DNA of 32,829 bases, from the IMG/VR virus record IMGVR_UViG_3300020042_006108, positions 1 to 32,829 of that record; one strand, given 5' to 3'. A model generated the notes under the pieces. The model worked only from the letters and a program-made list of their open reading frames with translations, had not been told where the DNA came from and searched no databases. This stretch comes from a virus. Its lineage: Duplodnaviria; Caudoviricetes. Of the stretch, positions 25,100 through 32,829 are shown piece by piece (within the stretch, counting starts at the first letter, position 1; each line of letters begins with the position of its first letter). The position numbers and the translations under genes were made by a program.

Positions 25100-25192
25100 T
25101 TACTTTTCGTTTTTGTGCTTATCAATAATATGTACCCACAATAAAGAAATAATTACTGTTACAATAAACATAAATAAATATACTCGCCACAT
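25100..25192 (-). CDS. 30-aa membrane peptide
   Basis: MWRVYLFMFIVTVIISLLWVHIIDKHKNEK, 4 nt after the upstream stop. Confidence 0.55.
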   Translation of the reverse strand: MWRVYLFMFIVTVIISLLWVHIIDKHKNEK

Positions 25193-25196
25193 TATT

Positions 25197-25859
25197 TTAA
25201 CTTTTATAGTCACTAAAATTTTTACCTTTCATTTTTTTTATAAAATGTGGTATGTTATTCCTATACAATCCAACCTTAAAATTTTCATTTATTGCAGCTT
25301 GCTTATCATCTTCGCCAATATCATTATAACCTTTTAAAATCATTTCATCGTAATTAGAAAAAACGTCGCTATGCCTATCTTTATTTTTGTCTATTAAACT
25401 ATCTTGCTTGCCCCCAAAAGAATATATTACAATAAAGTTTTTTGGTAAATCTATACCTTTAAACATTGCAACCTCTTTTGTATACGTGTAAAAAATACAT
25501 TGTGTATTATTATTTGCTATTTTAATCCAATCTAAAGCGTAATCCAAAGAAAAAAAATCTCCAGCGTCGTGTATTCTAATATATTTATTTATGTATTTCT
25601 TATTGCTTAACTCCTCATTCATTAATCTTTTCCATTCTATACGATTATTTAAAACTAATTCTAACTTTTCAATATGCGATTTTTTAACGTTACTAAAATT
25701 ATAAGTGCCATTTTTAGCGTAACAAAATGCAGCACAAACCCCAGCGTTTGGGCAAGTATTAAATTTAGTGCCGTCTGTTAAATTTACCCAATGAGCTGGT
25801 ATTGTCCAACCGAAAATACCGCTTTTTTTTAAATCGCTGTTTTGTGTTAATAGTTTCAT
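25197..25859 (-). CDS. Gp88-like protein (Cys cluster, degenerate radical-SAM-like)
   Basis: TCPNAGVCAAFCYA, IRIHDAGDFF and FYTYTK. Confidence 0.8.
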   Translation of the reverse strand: MKLLTQNSDLKKSGIFGWTIPAHWVNLTDGTKFNTCPNAGVCAAFCYAKNGTYNFSNVKKSHIEKLELVLNNRIEWKRLMNEELSNKKYINKYIRIHDAGDFFSLDYALDWIKIANNNTQCIFYTYTKEVAMFKGIDLPKNFIVIYSFGGKQDSLIDKNKDRHSDVFSNYDEMILKGYNDIGEDDKQAAINENFKVGLYRNNIPHFIKKMKGKNFSDYKS

Positions 25860-25861
25860 AT

Positions 25862-26224
25862 TTATAAGATTGTTTTTCCTTTGGTTACAATAAATTCTAT
25901 TTTGCCGTCAGTAGTTACTGCGCTCGTTTCTTTTGGCTTGCCATACACACGGGTTAATAATGTTTCAAGCGAATACAATGAGCCTTTCTCCAAACTTTTT
26001 CTCATAGCGTTTGCAATGGTCTTTTCTAATATCGTTCCCTTTGGATTCTTAAACACTTCGCCCAATTCGGTTAAATCCATCGCCATCATATTCTGTATGG
26101 TGTCGTTTATTTCGCTCAACTTATAACCGCTATCTTTTAAGATTGAAACATACTTACGCGGTCGCCCGTTCGGGTTTGCAACTTCGCCTTTTTTAAATGG
26201 TTTCAAGTTTTGATTATTTGCCAT
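25862..26224 (-). CDS. Probable terminase small subunit (DUF5681-like N-terminus)
   Basis: NLKPFKKGEVANPNGRPRK and LLTRVYGKPKE; upstream of terL. Confidence 0.75.
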   Translation of the reverse strand: MANNQNLKPFKKGEVANPNGRPRKYVSILKDSGYKLSEINDTIQNMMAMDLTELGEVFKNPKGTILEKTIANAMRKSLEKGSLYSLETLLTRVYGKPKETSAVTTDGKIEFIVTKGKTIL

Positions 26225-26242
26225 ATTCTCTCTTTTATTTCA

Positions 26243-26422
26243 CTATTTTTTATCCTGGATTAATTCGTCGGCTTTGTCTATAATCCAATTATTAATGCTT
26301 TCCTGTTGAAACGTTGCCGATATGAGCAAAGCGTTAAATTGGTCAAATACTTCGTCTAAAGATACATCGTTAGGCATATCAATAGTGGTTGTAATGTTAT
26401 AATGTTTTAACGTGAGTTGCAT
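26243..26422 (-). CDS. Small hypothetical protein (59 aa, not in ORF track)
   Basis: MQLTLKHYNITTTIDMPNDVSLDEVFDQFNALLISATF...; fills the gap. Confidence 0.65.
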   Translation of the reverse strand: MQLTLKHYNITTTIDMPNDVSLDEVFDQFNALLISATFQQESINNWIIDKADELIQDKK

Positions 26423-26661
26423 TTGTCTTTGTGTATTTGGGTTAAAAAATCAATGTGTTGTTTCTTATCGCCGTATTCGATATGGCAGTTTCTACAAAGC
26501 GCCATTAAGTTTTCAATGTTATCCGCTTTTTTTGTGCCACCCATTCCGCGAGCGTGTATGTGGTGGATATCAACCGCCTTTGATTCGCAAACTTCGCAAG
26601 GCGTAAAATCTGTTTGGTCAAAGCCGAAATGGTTTAGGTATGTTCTAACGTGTGGCTTCAT
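26407..26661 (-). CDS. HNH endonuclease (terminase-associated type)
   Basis: CEVC..DIHHI..NIENLMALCRNCH; start at ATG 26661 by ATGA coupling. Confidence 0.9.
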   Translation of the reverse strand: MKPHVRTYLNHFGFDQTDFTPCEVCESKAVDIHHIHARGMGGTKKADNIENLMALCRNCHIEYGDKKQHIDFLTQIHKDKCNSR

Positions 26662-27152
26662 AGTTTCCGACATTCATAATTTTCAATTAGCGCATTATAA
26701 CTCGTTTCCTGTTCTTCTAAATCTTTGCAAATAACTTCGATTTTAAAACTTTGTTTTTCTTCGCCTTCTACTTCATCATTTTCAAATGGTGCAAAATGTG
26801 GTATATCTAAACCCCACTCCGTTAATTGTTCTGCGTCCCAATTATTAGCTAAATCGTCCCAATCCCATTCGCCAAAACCTACGTTATCTTTTATAATAAA
26901 TTGTTTCTTTTCATCTTCGCTCAGGTCTGCGACTTGTTTAACCCATTCGTCTGGAATATCTTTAAACCCTATTTCTTGTAATGCTTTTAATCGCATATTG
27001 CCACCCTGAACAATAAAGTTTTCATCAACTACGATTGGACGCAAAGCCAACATTTTTGGAAAATCATTTATTGATTTAACGAGTTTTTTAAACTTATCGT
27101 CTTTAATTATTCTGGGGTTGTTCGGGTTTGGTTTTACTTTAGATAGTTTCAT
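26658..27152 (-). CDS. ParB/Srx N-terminal domain protein
   Basis: KPNPNNPR, RPIVVDE, GGNMRLKAL and KDNVGFGEWD. Confidence 0.88.
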   Translation of the reverse strand: MKLSKVKPNPNNPRIIKDDKFKKLVKSINDFPKMLALRPIVVDENFIVQGGNMRLKALQEIGFKDIPDEWVKQVADLSEDEKKQFIIKDNVGFGEWDWDDLANNWDAEQLTEWGLDIPHFAPFENDEVEGEEKQSFKIEVICKDLEEQETSYNALIENYECRKL

Positions 27153-27784
27153 ATCATTTGCTTTTCAAATATTGTATAGTTTTGAGTTTTATCATAATGT
27201 TCACACCAATAATTCCATTTGTTTTCCGATAACGCTAACCCTTCATCTTTCATCTTTCTATAATCAGTTCCATTTCCTACATCATGACCAATATGTTTAG
27301 ATTGTAAATTAGGGATGTAGTAATTAATATAATTTAGTTTATTTAAACGATAAGCAAAATCTGCATCCTGTCTGCCATAAGGGTCGTAATCCTCGTTAAA
27401 ATAACCTATTTCATCAATTACTTTACGTGGAATTAAAACGTTACCAAATGCAGTAAATGTTGGATGTATAGATAAGCCGTTAATTTCTATTAATTTATCT
27501 ATTGATTCTACGCAATGTATCCCACACATTCCAGTTTGTTCAATTGTAGTTGAATATTTAACCATTTGAGTTAACCAATTATCAGGCATTTCAATATCGT
27601 TTGCACAGGTAACAATTGCATCGTAATTTTTAGTTAAATCAATCCCTATATTAATTGCTTTTGCAATTCCTTTTTGTTGAATAGTAAATAAATCAAAAGG
27701 ATAACCAGCATTTGATATTGATTGCAAAGCTTGTTTTGTGTGTTCGTGTCTAAAGTAATCCAGAAATAATATTGCTACTTTCAT
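27149..27784 (-). CDS. Glycosyltransferase, GT2 (GT-A fold)
   Basis: GIAKAINIG, CANDI, EIGYFNEDYDPYGRQDADF and HIGH. Confidence 0.85.
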   Translation of the reverse strand: MKVAILFLDYFRHEHTKQALQSISNAGYPFDLFTIQQKGIAKAINIGIDLTKNYDAIVTCANDIEMPDNWLTQMVKYSTTIEQTGMCGIHCVESIDKLIEINGLSIHPTFTAFGNVLIPRKVIDEIGYFNEDYDPYGRQDADFAYRLNKLNYINYYIPNLQSKHIGHDVGNGTDYRKMKDEGLALSENKWNYWCEHYDKTQNYTIFEKQMI

Positions 27785-28263
27785 TTTATAAGATTATCGC
27801 CTATACATTTTGCTGGATTACCAGCGTATTTTTTATAAGGCGTTGTGATTAATTTTTTAGTAATTACCGCACCCATTCCAATCATACAACCCTCTGAAAT
27901 TATTTGACGTTGATGTATAACGGCGTTTAATCCTATGTTGCAATTTTTTGCGATTATAGTATGCCCGCCAATTTTAGCCCCACAACTTAAAGTAACGCCG
28001 TTACAAATTATTGCATCGTGTCCAACGTGGCTATGTTTCATTAAATAACAATTTTCGCCGATTTGCGTTTGATGTTCCGCGCCTGAATCAATTGTTACCA
28101 TTCCCGTTATTCGAGTTCCTTTGCCGATTAAAACACCTTTGTCAATATGTTCTTTGCCTTTCCATTCTGCAGGCATTCCTATAACACAATAAGCACCTAT
28201 GTAAACATCGTCTTCGATAATAACATTTTCTCCTATAACTGCGCTCGGGTGTATGTATTTCAT
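27781..28263 (-). CDS. Hexapeptide-repeat (left-handed beta-helix) acyltransferase, LpxA/NeuD-like
   Basis: IHPSAVIG hexapeptide repeats, HVGHD and YAGNPAK. Confidence 0.9.
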   Translation of the reverse strand: MKYIHPSAVIGENVIIEDDVYIGAYCVIGMPAEWKGKEHIDKGVLIGKGTRITGMVTIDSGAEHQTQIGENCYLMKHSHVGHDAIICNGVTLSCGAKIGGHTIIAKNCNIGLNAVIHQRQIISEGCMIGMGAVITKKLITTPYKKYAGNPAKCIGDNLIK

Positions 28264-28559
28264 ATTTTTGAGTTATAGTATTTGTAAACGTCTTTTAACA
28301 TATCGCAAACGCACGCTGGGCAATTACGATTATAATGATAATGCGGATTAACAACCCGATAAGACTCAATTACTTCGTTATGAATATCGGCGCTAAAATT
28401 AACCAATTCGCCTGTTTGAGCGTAAAGGTCGTAAATATGTTTATGCTTTTGTAATACTTTCAAATGTGGAGCGACGTCGGGGGTTAATGTCGAAAAGGTT
28501 GTATTTTCTTCGCCCCCATTCTCCGAGCGCTTCGCCGTAATCTTGTCTTGCTTTTTCAT
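28260..28559 (-). CDS. Hypothetical protein with CxxC
   Basis: 99 aa, NCPACVC; start uncertain; ATGA-coupled to the next gene. Confidence 0.65.
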   Translation of the reverse strand: MKKQDKITAKRSENGGEENTTFSTLTPDVAPHLKVLQKHKHIYDLYAQTGELVNFSADIHNEVIESYRVVNPHYHYNRNCPACVCDMLKDVYKYYNSKI

Positions 28560-29445
28560 TGTTTATTAAAAAATTTAAATGTTTATACCAATCGCTTTGT
28601 TTTTCAACCCATAATACAGGGGCGTCTGCATCCATACTATAAGGCTCAACCTTTGAGCAAATTACAGGAATACTTTTAACCGACGCTTCAATTAACTTTA
28701 AATTTGATTTGCAACGACTCCAATTATTTGCTACCAAAGGCACTAACATAATATCGGCGTTTTCGTAAATCTCCATGTATTCAGTTGGTCTCATTCCAGC
28801 GTAAGCGTCAAACGGTATTTTTTTATTTGCCGTAAAATAATTTAGCATTTTATTCCAAATTGGACGGCTCGCATCATCATCAGTATAACCGCCTAAAACC
28901 ATTTTAATTTTTTTATTCCCAACTAAACGCTGTAAAGGATATTGTAAAATTTGTAAATCGTGTTCGTGTGTGCAACCCCCCGCCCAAAATATTCGTATTA
29001 GTTCGCTTTCTTTTTTATCGGGTAAAAATTGCCCTTCGCCAAATGGTAAGGCGTTCGGGAATATCTCAACGCTTTTATTAAAAGGATAAATGCGCTCAGC
29101 TAAACGCTCATTTGTACAGGTTACTAAATCAGCCATTAAAAGATTATTTTCAATGCGCCCCATCATTTCTTTGTATTGATGGTAGTTTAAATGATTAGAT
29201 GGCAAAATCCAATCGTCATCCATATCGCACACAATCTTACAATTAATAGCTTCGCGAATAGCGTTTAGGTTATTATCCCAAAGTGAAATCCTATTAAATA
29301 AAAGTATATCGTAGTTTTGAGAAAGCATTTCTTCGTTTGGATAGTTTGATATAACGCCTGTAATATTATCCATATAACCCATCGGCAAACAAACTCTGTG
29401 ATAACCGCATCCGCTATTTGGGTGACTTATTCCTAAAATATTCAT
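28441..29445 (-). CDS. Glycosyltransferase, GT4-like (GT-B fold)
   Basis: SGCGYHRV, DMDDDW, WAGG..H..DL and CKSNLKLIEAS; start at MNILG by ATGA coupling. Confidence 0.85.
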   Translation of the reverse strand: MNILGISHPNSGCGYHRVCLPMGYMDNITGVISNYPNEEMLSQNYDILLFNRISLWDNNLNAIREAINCKIVCDMDDDWILPSNHLNYHQYKEMMGRIENNLLMADLVTCTNERLAERIYPFNKSVEIFPNALPFGEGQFLPDKKESELIRIFWAGGCTHEHDLQILQYPLQRLVGNKKIKMVLGGYTDDDASRPIWNKMLNYFTANKKIPFDAYAGMRPTEYMEIYENADIMLVPLVANNWSRCKSNLKLIEASVKSIPVICSKVEPYSMDADAPVLWVEKQSDWYKHLNFLINNEKARQDYGEALGEWGRRKYNLFDINPRRRSTFESITKA

Positions 29446-29687
29446 TTTATATAATTTGCGATTATGCCAGAAATAAAAATAGTTGCCAAAAATTGACTTG
29501 TCAAAATTGGGCAAAAAAATAAAAACACCGCAACCCAAACCGATAAACAAGTAAGGCAGTCCAACGGTTTTAATCTTTGAAAGCGTCCGTAGTTTAACTT
29601 TCTTTTAATCGCTTGCGGTATTCCTGCAATCTCAATAAAGTAAAAACTAAATGAAATAGATGCAACGATAATAATTAACTTATCCAT
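29442..29687 (-). CDS. Small membrane protein with CxxC (DUF1360-like)
   Basis: KPLDCLTCLSVW flanked by hydrophobic helices. Confidence 0.65.
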   Translation of the reverse strand: MDKLIIIVASISFSFYFIEIAGIPQAIKRKLNYGRFQRLKPLDCLTCLSVWVAVFLFFCPILTSQFLATIFISGIIANYIK

Positions 29688-30189
29688 TTATAGCCTTTTT
29701 TAATTCGTGTTTCATTTTCTTTACAACCGCAAATACATGATCCTTTGGAATATCAAAATACTTTGCCACATCAACACAACTTCGCAACTCCACATATTTA
29801 TTAAAAATTATGCTTTCGTGCGCCTCCATAGGATTCCCCGCAAGTTTTGTTTGTAAAATTTTTTCCGCAATTTGTACCGTGCGTAATGGTATCGAATTAC
29901 CATTTTGACTAGCAATGTAATTAAACGCTTTTTCAATTTCGTTTTTTCTATATTTGTTATAAAAAGGACTGCGGTTTGATGTGCCCATAGTCCAGATAAT
30001 CTGCATTGCAAAACCTATAATATTGCCTTCCTTTGATATTTTTTTTAGTTTGTTGCAATCGTATTCAAGCAACACAATTGCAAGTTCCTGTTTTAAATCC
30101 GCTTGAAGTTCAGCGGGTTGAATTTTACCGATAAGTTCGTTTATCTTGTCATTGTTATACAACTCTGTTATAATGTCGTTACAATTCAC
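29680..30189 (-). CDS. Sigma-70/ECF-like transcription factor
   Basis: ADLKQELAIVLLE (region-2-like) and C-terminal HTH SCVDVAKYFDIPKDHVFAVVKK. Confidence 0.6.
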   Translation of the reverse strand: MNCNDIITELYNNDKINELIGKIQPAELQADLKQELAIVLLEYDCNKLKKISKEGNIIGFAMQIIWTMGTSNRSPFYNKYRKNEIEKAFNYIASQNGNSIPLRTVQIAEKILQTKLAGNPMEAHESIIFNKYVELRSCVDVAKYFDIPKDHVFAVVKKMKHELKKAING

Positions 30190-30198
30190 AAATTAAAG

Positions 30199-30474
30199 TT
30201 ATAATATTATTTCTAATAATTCATCTAAATTTTTTATTATTGAAATTTGACCGCTCCATTCGTGGTGAAATTTTACCTCACAATCAGTAAGTTTACGGGC
30301 TGAAGGTGGTTTTTTTCCATCTTTAATCTCGATTAGATAGTTTATGCCTTTGTAACCTATTACAATATCTGGAAAGCCTTTGCCTACTTCGTGCGTACTG
30401 AATACACTTAAATTAGGTATTTTGCGAAGTGCTTTTATTATTTCCGCGTGGTTGCTATCCGTTCGTTTTATCAT
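30199..30474 (-). CDS. VRR-NUC-like PD-(D/E)xK nuclease / Holliday junction resolvase
   Basis: GKGFPDIVIG..LIEIKDG..LTDCEVKF. Confidence 0.8.
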   Translation of the reverse strand: MIKRTDSNHAEIIKALRKIPNLSVFSTHEVGKGFPDIVIGYKGINYLIEIKDGKKPPSARKLTDCEVKFHHEWSGQISIIKNLDELLEIIL

Positions 30475-30482
30475 TATAAAAT

Positions 30483-31151
30483 TTAAATAAATAATCCAAG
30501 TTTACTAATTATTTTGATTTCAGATAATTTTACATAATCAGCAATTAATTCAAAGCCAATATAATTTCTATTATTAAATTTACATACTACTGCAGTTGTT
30601 CCGCTACCCATAAAACAATCTAAAATAGTGTCGTTTTCATTTGTAAAGTTTATTATAAACCATTCCGCAACATCTTGTTTCATAATTGCCTTATGTTCGC
30701 TAGTCATATCGCCACAAACCGAAGTTGATATAATATTTTTTGTGTATGTTTTATTGCTTTTTAATTGTTTATCTCCAAAAATTATAAAAAATTCATAGGC
30801 ATTTGTTATATTTTTCCCGTTTGCTGGTAGTGGGTTTGTTTTTTCCCAAATTATTATATCAACAATTTCATCTGCATAATTCCCAATGATTTTAAAAACA
30901 TCTTGTTTATTATAATAATTTTTCATTATGTTAAAAAAAACAAAACCTTTTGAAACTCTTAATGATTCGTCAATTACATTGCAAAGCCAACTATAATAAT
31001 CTTCCACTTGGTCGTTATAATGTTGATACTTATCATTTCTTTTTCTATTGTATGGTGGGGATGTAAAAACGTGGTCAATACTTTTATTTTTAAGTTTTTT
31101 AAAACCTTCTAAACAGTCAATATTATAAATTTTATTATTTTCTAAAATCAT
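30483..31151 (-). CDS. Orphan DNA methyltransferase, beta class (N4-C or N6-A)
   Basis: TSPPY catalytic motif precedes the LDCFMGSGTT SAM-binding motif. Confidence 0.92.
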   Translation of the reverse strand: MILENNKIYNIDCLEGFKKLKNKSIDHVFTSPPYNRKRNDKYQHYNDQVEDYYSWLCNVIDESLRVSKGFVFFNIMKNYYNKQDVFKIIGNYADEIVDIIIWEKTNPLPANGKNITNAYEFFIIFGDKQLKSNKTYTKNIISTSVCGDMTSEHKAIMKQDVAEWFIINFTNENDTILDCFMGSGTTAVVCKFNNRNYIGFELIADYVKLSEIKIISKLGLFI

Positions 31152-31468
31152 TTTTTGTTTTGTTTTATAAAGTTATCAATAAAGTTTTCTACTTCGTTGC
31201 GCTGGTCTTCATTTAGATAAATTATTTTATCATTTATGCTTTCAATTATAAACGAATCAGCCAACTCTTTTTTTAATATCGCCCTGTTTTTATCCGTTAA
31301 TTTATGGTCAATTGAATTAATAATTATATCGCATTTTATAATGTACGAATTAAATAAATCCTTTGTTGATGAAGCGCAATCGCGTTTAACATCCTCGAAA
31401 TATATCTTGGCGTTATTGATGTGATGCAATGCTTTTGCAAGTGAAAAAGTGTTATCGCTGAAATTCAT
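31148..31468 (-). CDS. Hypothetical phage protein
   Basis: 106-aa helical ORF. Confidence 0.75.
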   Translation of the reverse strand: MNFSDNTFSLAKALHHINNAKIYFEDVKRDCASSTKDLFNSYIIKCDIIINSIDHKLTDKNRAILKKELADSFIIESINDKIIYLNEDQRNEVENFIDNFIKQNKK

Positions 31469-31478
31469 TGTTTAATTT

Positions 31479-32186
31479 TTATGAAGTACACGCGCAATCA
31501 AACGCTGGACTTAATTGTGTTAAATCTTGTTCTTTAAATAAATTATTTTGTGCAATCTGTTTCATTTGCAACATACTTATATTTTGAAAATATCTATAAG
31601 GTTTCATTTTTTCCTCGTCTGCTATCCATTCGTCCGCTAATTCTGGGTAAACTGATAAAATGTTAATTATTGCATTTTTCCCTTTCATAAAACACAAAGT
31701 ACAATTTCCTAAAATAGAAGGTATTTCAAGCGTATAAGGTTTGTTTTTCCAATATTCATTTATTTGATTTTTATCAATTTTACTTTCAAATAAAGGAAAT
31801 TTATCTGTTACATCAACCCACATTTTTTTACGTCGCGCAACTCTTAACGGCTCATCGTATCTAAAACCAATTAAATTTTCATATTTGCTAATTTTTAAAC
31901 TACGTAAATAACGCCTTGCGGTTTTTATTTTTAATTCAATAGTGCAAAATCTTTTAAAATTATTTGGGATTGCTTTTCTTTTTTCAATTAAATTTTCAAA
32001 CCCACCTTCATATTTTAAACGAATAATTGGTATATTTTCAAACGCTTCAAAATCATTTATAAACTTGTACGTCTTTGGGTGTTCGCGCCCAGTATCGCAA
32101 AAAATAACTAAATCGCCGTCTTTATATTCTTGAATAGTCATGTAAGCCGATGTTTTGCCACCACTGAAATTTATAACTCTTTGCAT
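31479..32186 (-). CDS. PAPS reductase-like PP-loop protein with Cys clusters
   Basis: NFSGGKTS, DTGREH, RFCTIELK, GNCTLCF and terminal CAC. Confidence 0.88.
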   Translation of the reverse strand: MQRVINFSGGKTSAYMTIQEYKDGDLVIFCDTGREHPKTYKFINDFEAFENIPIIRLKYEGGFENLIEKRKAIPNNFKRFCTIELKIKTARRYLRSLKISKYENLIGFRYDEPLRVARRKKMWVDVTDKFPLFESKIDKNQINEYWKNKPYTLEIPSILGNCTLCFMKGKNAIINILSVYPELADEWIADEEKMKPYRYFQNISMLQMKQIAQNNLFKEQDLTQLSPAFDCACTS

Positions 32187-32829
32187 AAGTATTCGTTTAT
32201 AAAAATTCGTTTAAAAATATTGTTTATTGTTGTCAAATCTTTGTCGCTGATTTTTTCAAAATTATTCGCCTTTAATTTTAGAAAATCCGCATAAGGTTGC
32301 TTTTCGCCAAATAGCTCGAAATTTCGCCTTAATTCGTTTTCGTGTACTCTTACCGCCCTTTGATAATAATCAGCCTTTAAATCGTCTGTAATTGCGTGTA
32401 GTGAGTATTTTAAAAGCCAATCATACAAGTACAAAGGTAAAATTTTAAAATCGTAATCTTTTTTGCGCCATTCTTCGATTTCGTTTAACCGCTCTTCGTC
32501 TGTCATCTGGTAAGCGATTTCTTTTAATTTTGGCGGTGGCGTTGCCAGGATGCGCTCATTATTAAAAATTCGGTAAGCGTCCATAATTTTACAAAAGTAA
32601 GGCAGCGTAAATTGATCGTAGTGTTTGACATCCACGTCAAGTTTTCCTGTTACTGCCAATTCAAAAGCTTCGATTATTTCGTTTGTCGTTTTATGCCCAT
32701 AATTTTTTTTAATAAAATTTGAGTTAAAAACATCCTCTTCGGGTGTTGGATATTGTACTTTGCGCAACCCGATTAAAAGAAAAATCCTGTGGAATATTGG
32801 CAATAAATCAACGTTGGATAAGGTTGTAG
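32171..32829 (-). CDS. Hypothetical protein downstream of the initiator (5' end lies at 669 in the left copy; ~245 aa in total)
   Basis: The frame is open to the window edge; same gene as 1..669. Confidence 0.8.
   Translation of the reverse strand, partial: TTLSNVDLLPIFHRIFLLIGLRKVQYPTPEEDVFNSNFIKKNYGHKTTNEIIEAFELAVTGKLDVDVKHYDQFTLPYFCKIMDAYRIFNNERILATPPPKLKEIAYQMTDEERLNEIEEWRKKDYDFKILPLYLYDWLLKYSLHAITDDLKADYYQRAVRVHENELRRNFELFGEKQPYADFLKLKANNFEKISDKDLTTINNIFKRIFINEYLCKEL
32240..32829. repeat. Right copy of imperfect terminal repeat
   Basis: Ungapped alignment to 1..590 at offset 32239. Confidence 0.97.

Larger units (their letters stand above)
1..32829 (-). mobile_element. Complete or near-complete tailed phage genome (Caudoviricetes, probable siphovirus), probable Bacteroidota host
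   Basis: Terminase, portal, capsid, tape measure and lysozyme genes are present, all genes are co-oriented, the ends overlap by 590 bp and no host housekeeping genes are seen. Confidence 0.95.

Noticed and set aside
29446-30011. N-terminal extension of the GT to 29550 and the alternative-frame ORF 29808..30011
   Set aside because: Both are nested in better-supported genes; ATGA coupling supports the GT start at 29445.
2840-32133. All plus-strand ORFs in the track
   Set aside because: They are antisense shadows of well-supported minus-strand genes with no recognisable motifs or leaders.
31479-32186. Auxiliary metabolic gene cysH for sulfate assimilation
   Set aside because: Lacks the C-terminal ECGLH-type motif of true CysH; its replication/MTase context fits the phage PP-loop family better.
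1-32829. tRNA genes, integrase/repressor module, alternative genetic code
   Set aside because: Intergenic gaps are short and show no cloverleaf, no recombinase motifs were seen, and genes are intact under the standard code with TAA, TAG and TGA all used as stops.

Overview
The window appears to be a complete (~32.24 kb unit length) tailed dsDNA phage genome, probably siphovirus-like, read once around the circle with a 590-bp imperfect terminal overlap. All credible genes are on the minus strand. A Bacteroidota host is inferred from TTTG-N19/20-TAnnTTTG promoters, A-rich leaders without Shine-Dalgarno sequences, a signal peptide followed by Gln, and D-[S/T]-x sequons. In transcription order the modules are: early promoter/small-ORF cassettes; ERF recombinase; DnaA-C-terminal-like protein; replication initiator with internal iterons; PAPS-reductase-like gene, DNA MTase, nuclease and sigma-like factor; glycosyl/acyltransferase cluster; ParB-N, HNH, terS, gp88-like and terL; tail genes; prohead protease, scaffold, capsid, major tail protein and portal; fibre-like protein; lysis cassette. 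I saw no integrase, repressor, polymerase, tRNA or CRISPR array. The most notable signals are (1) a tail-fibre-like protein with a Sec signal peptide and dense Bacteroidota O-glycosylation sequons, split by a +1 frameshift; (2) a two-hairpin kissing-loop RNA leader in front of the initiator; (3) a tandem array of promoter-ORF-hairpin mini-cassettes. All product calls come from motif recognition by eye; no database search was run.
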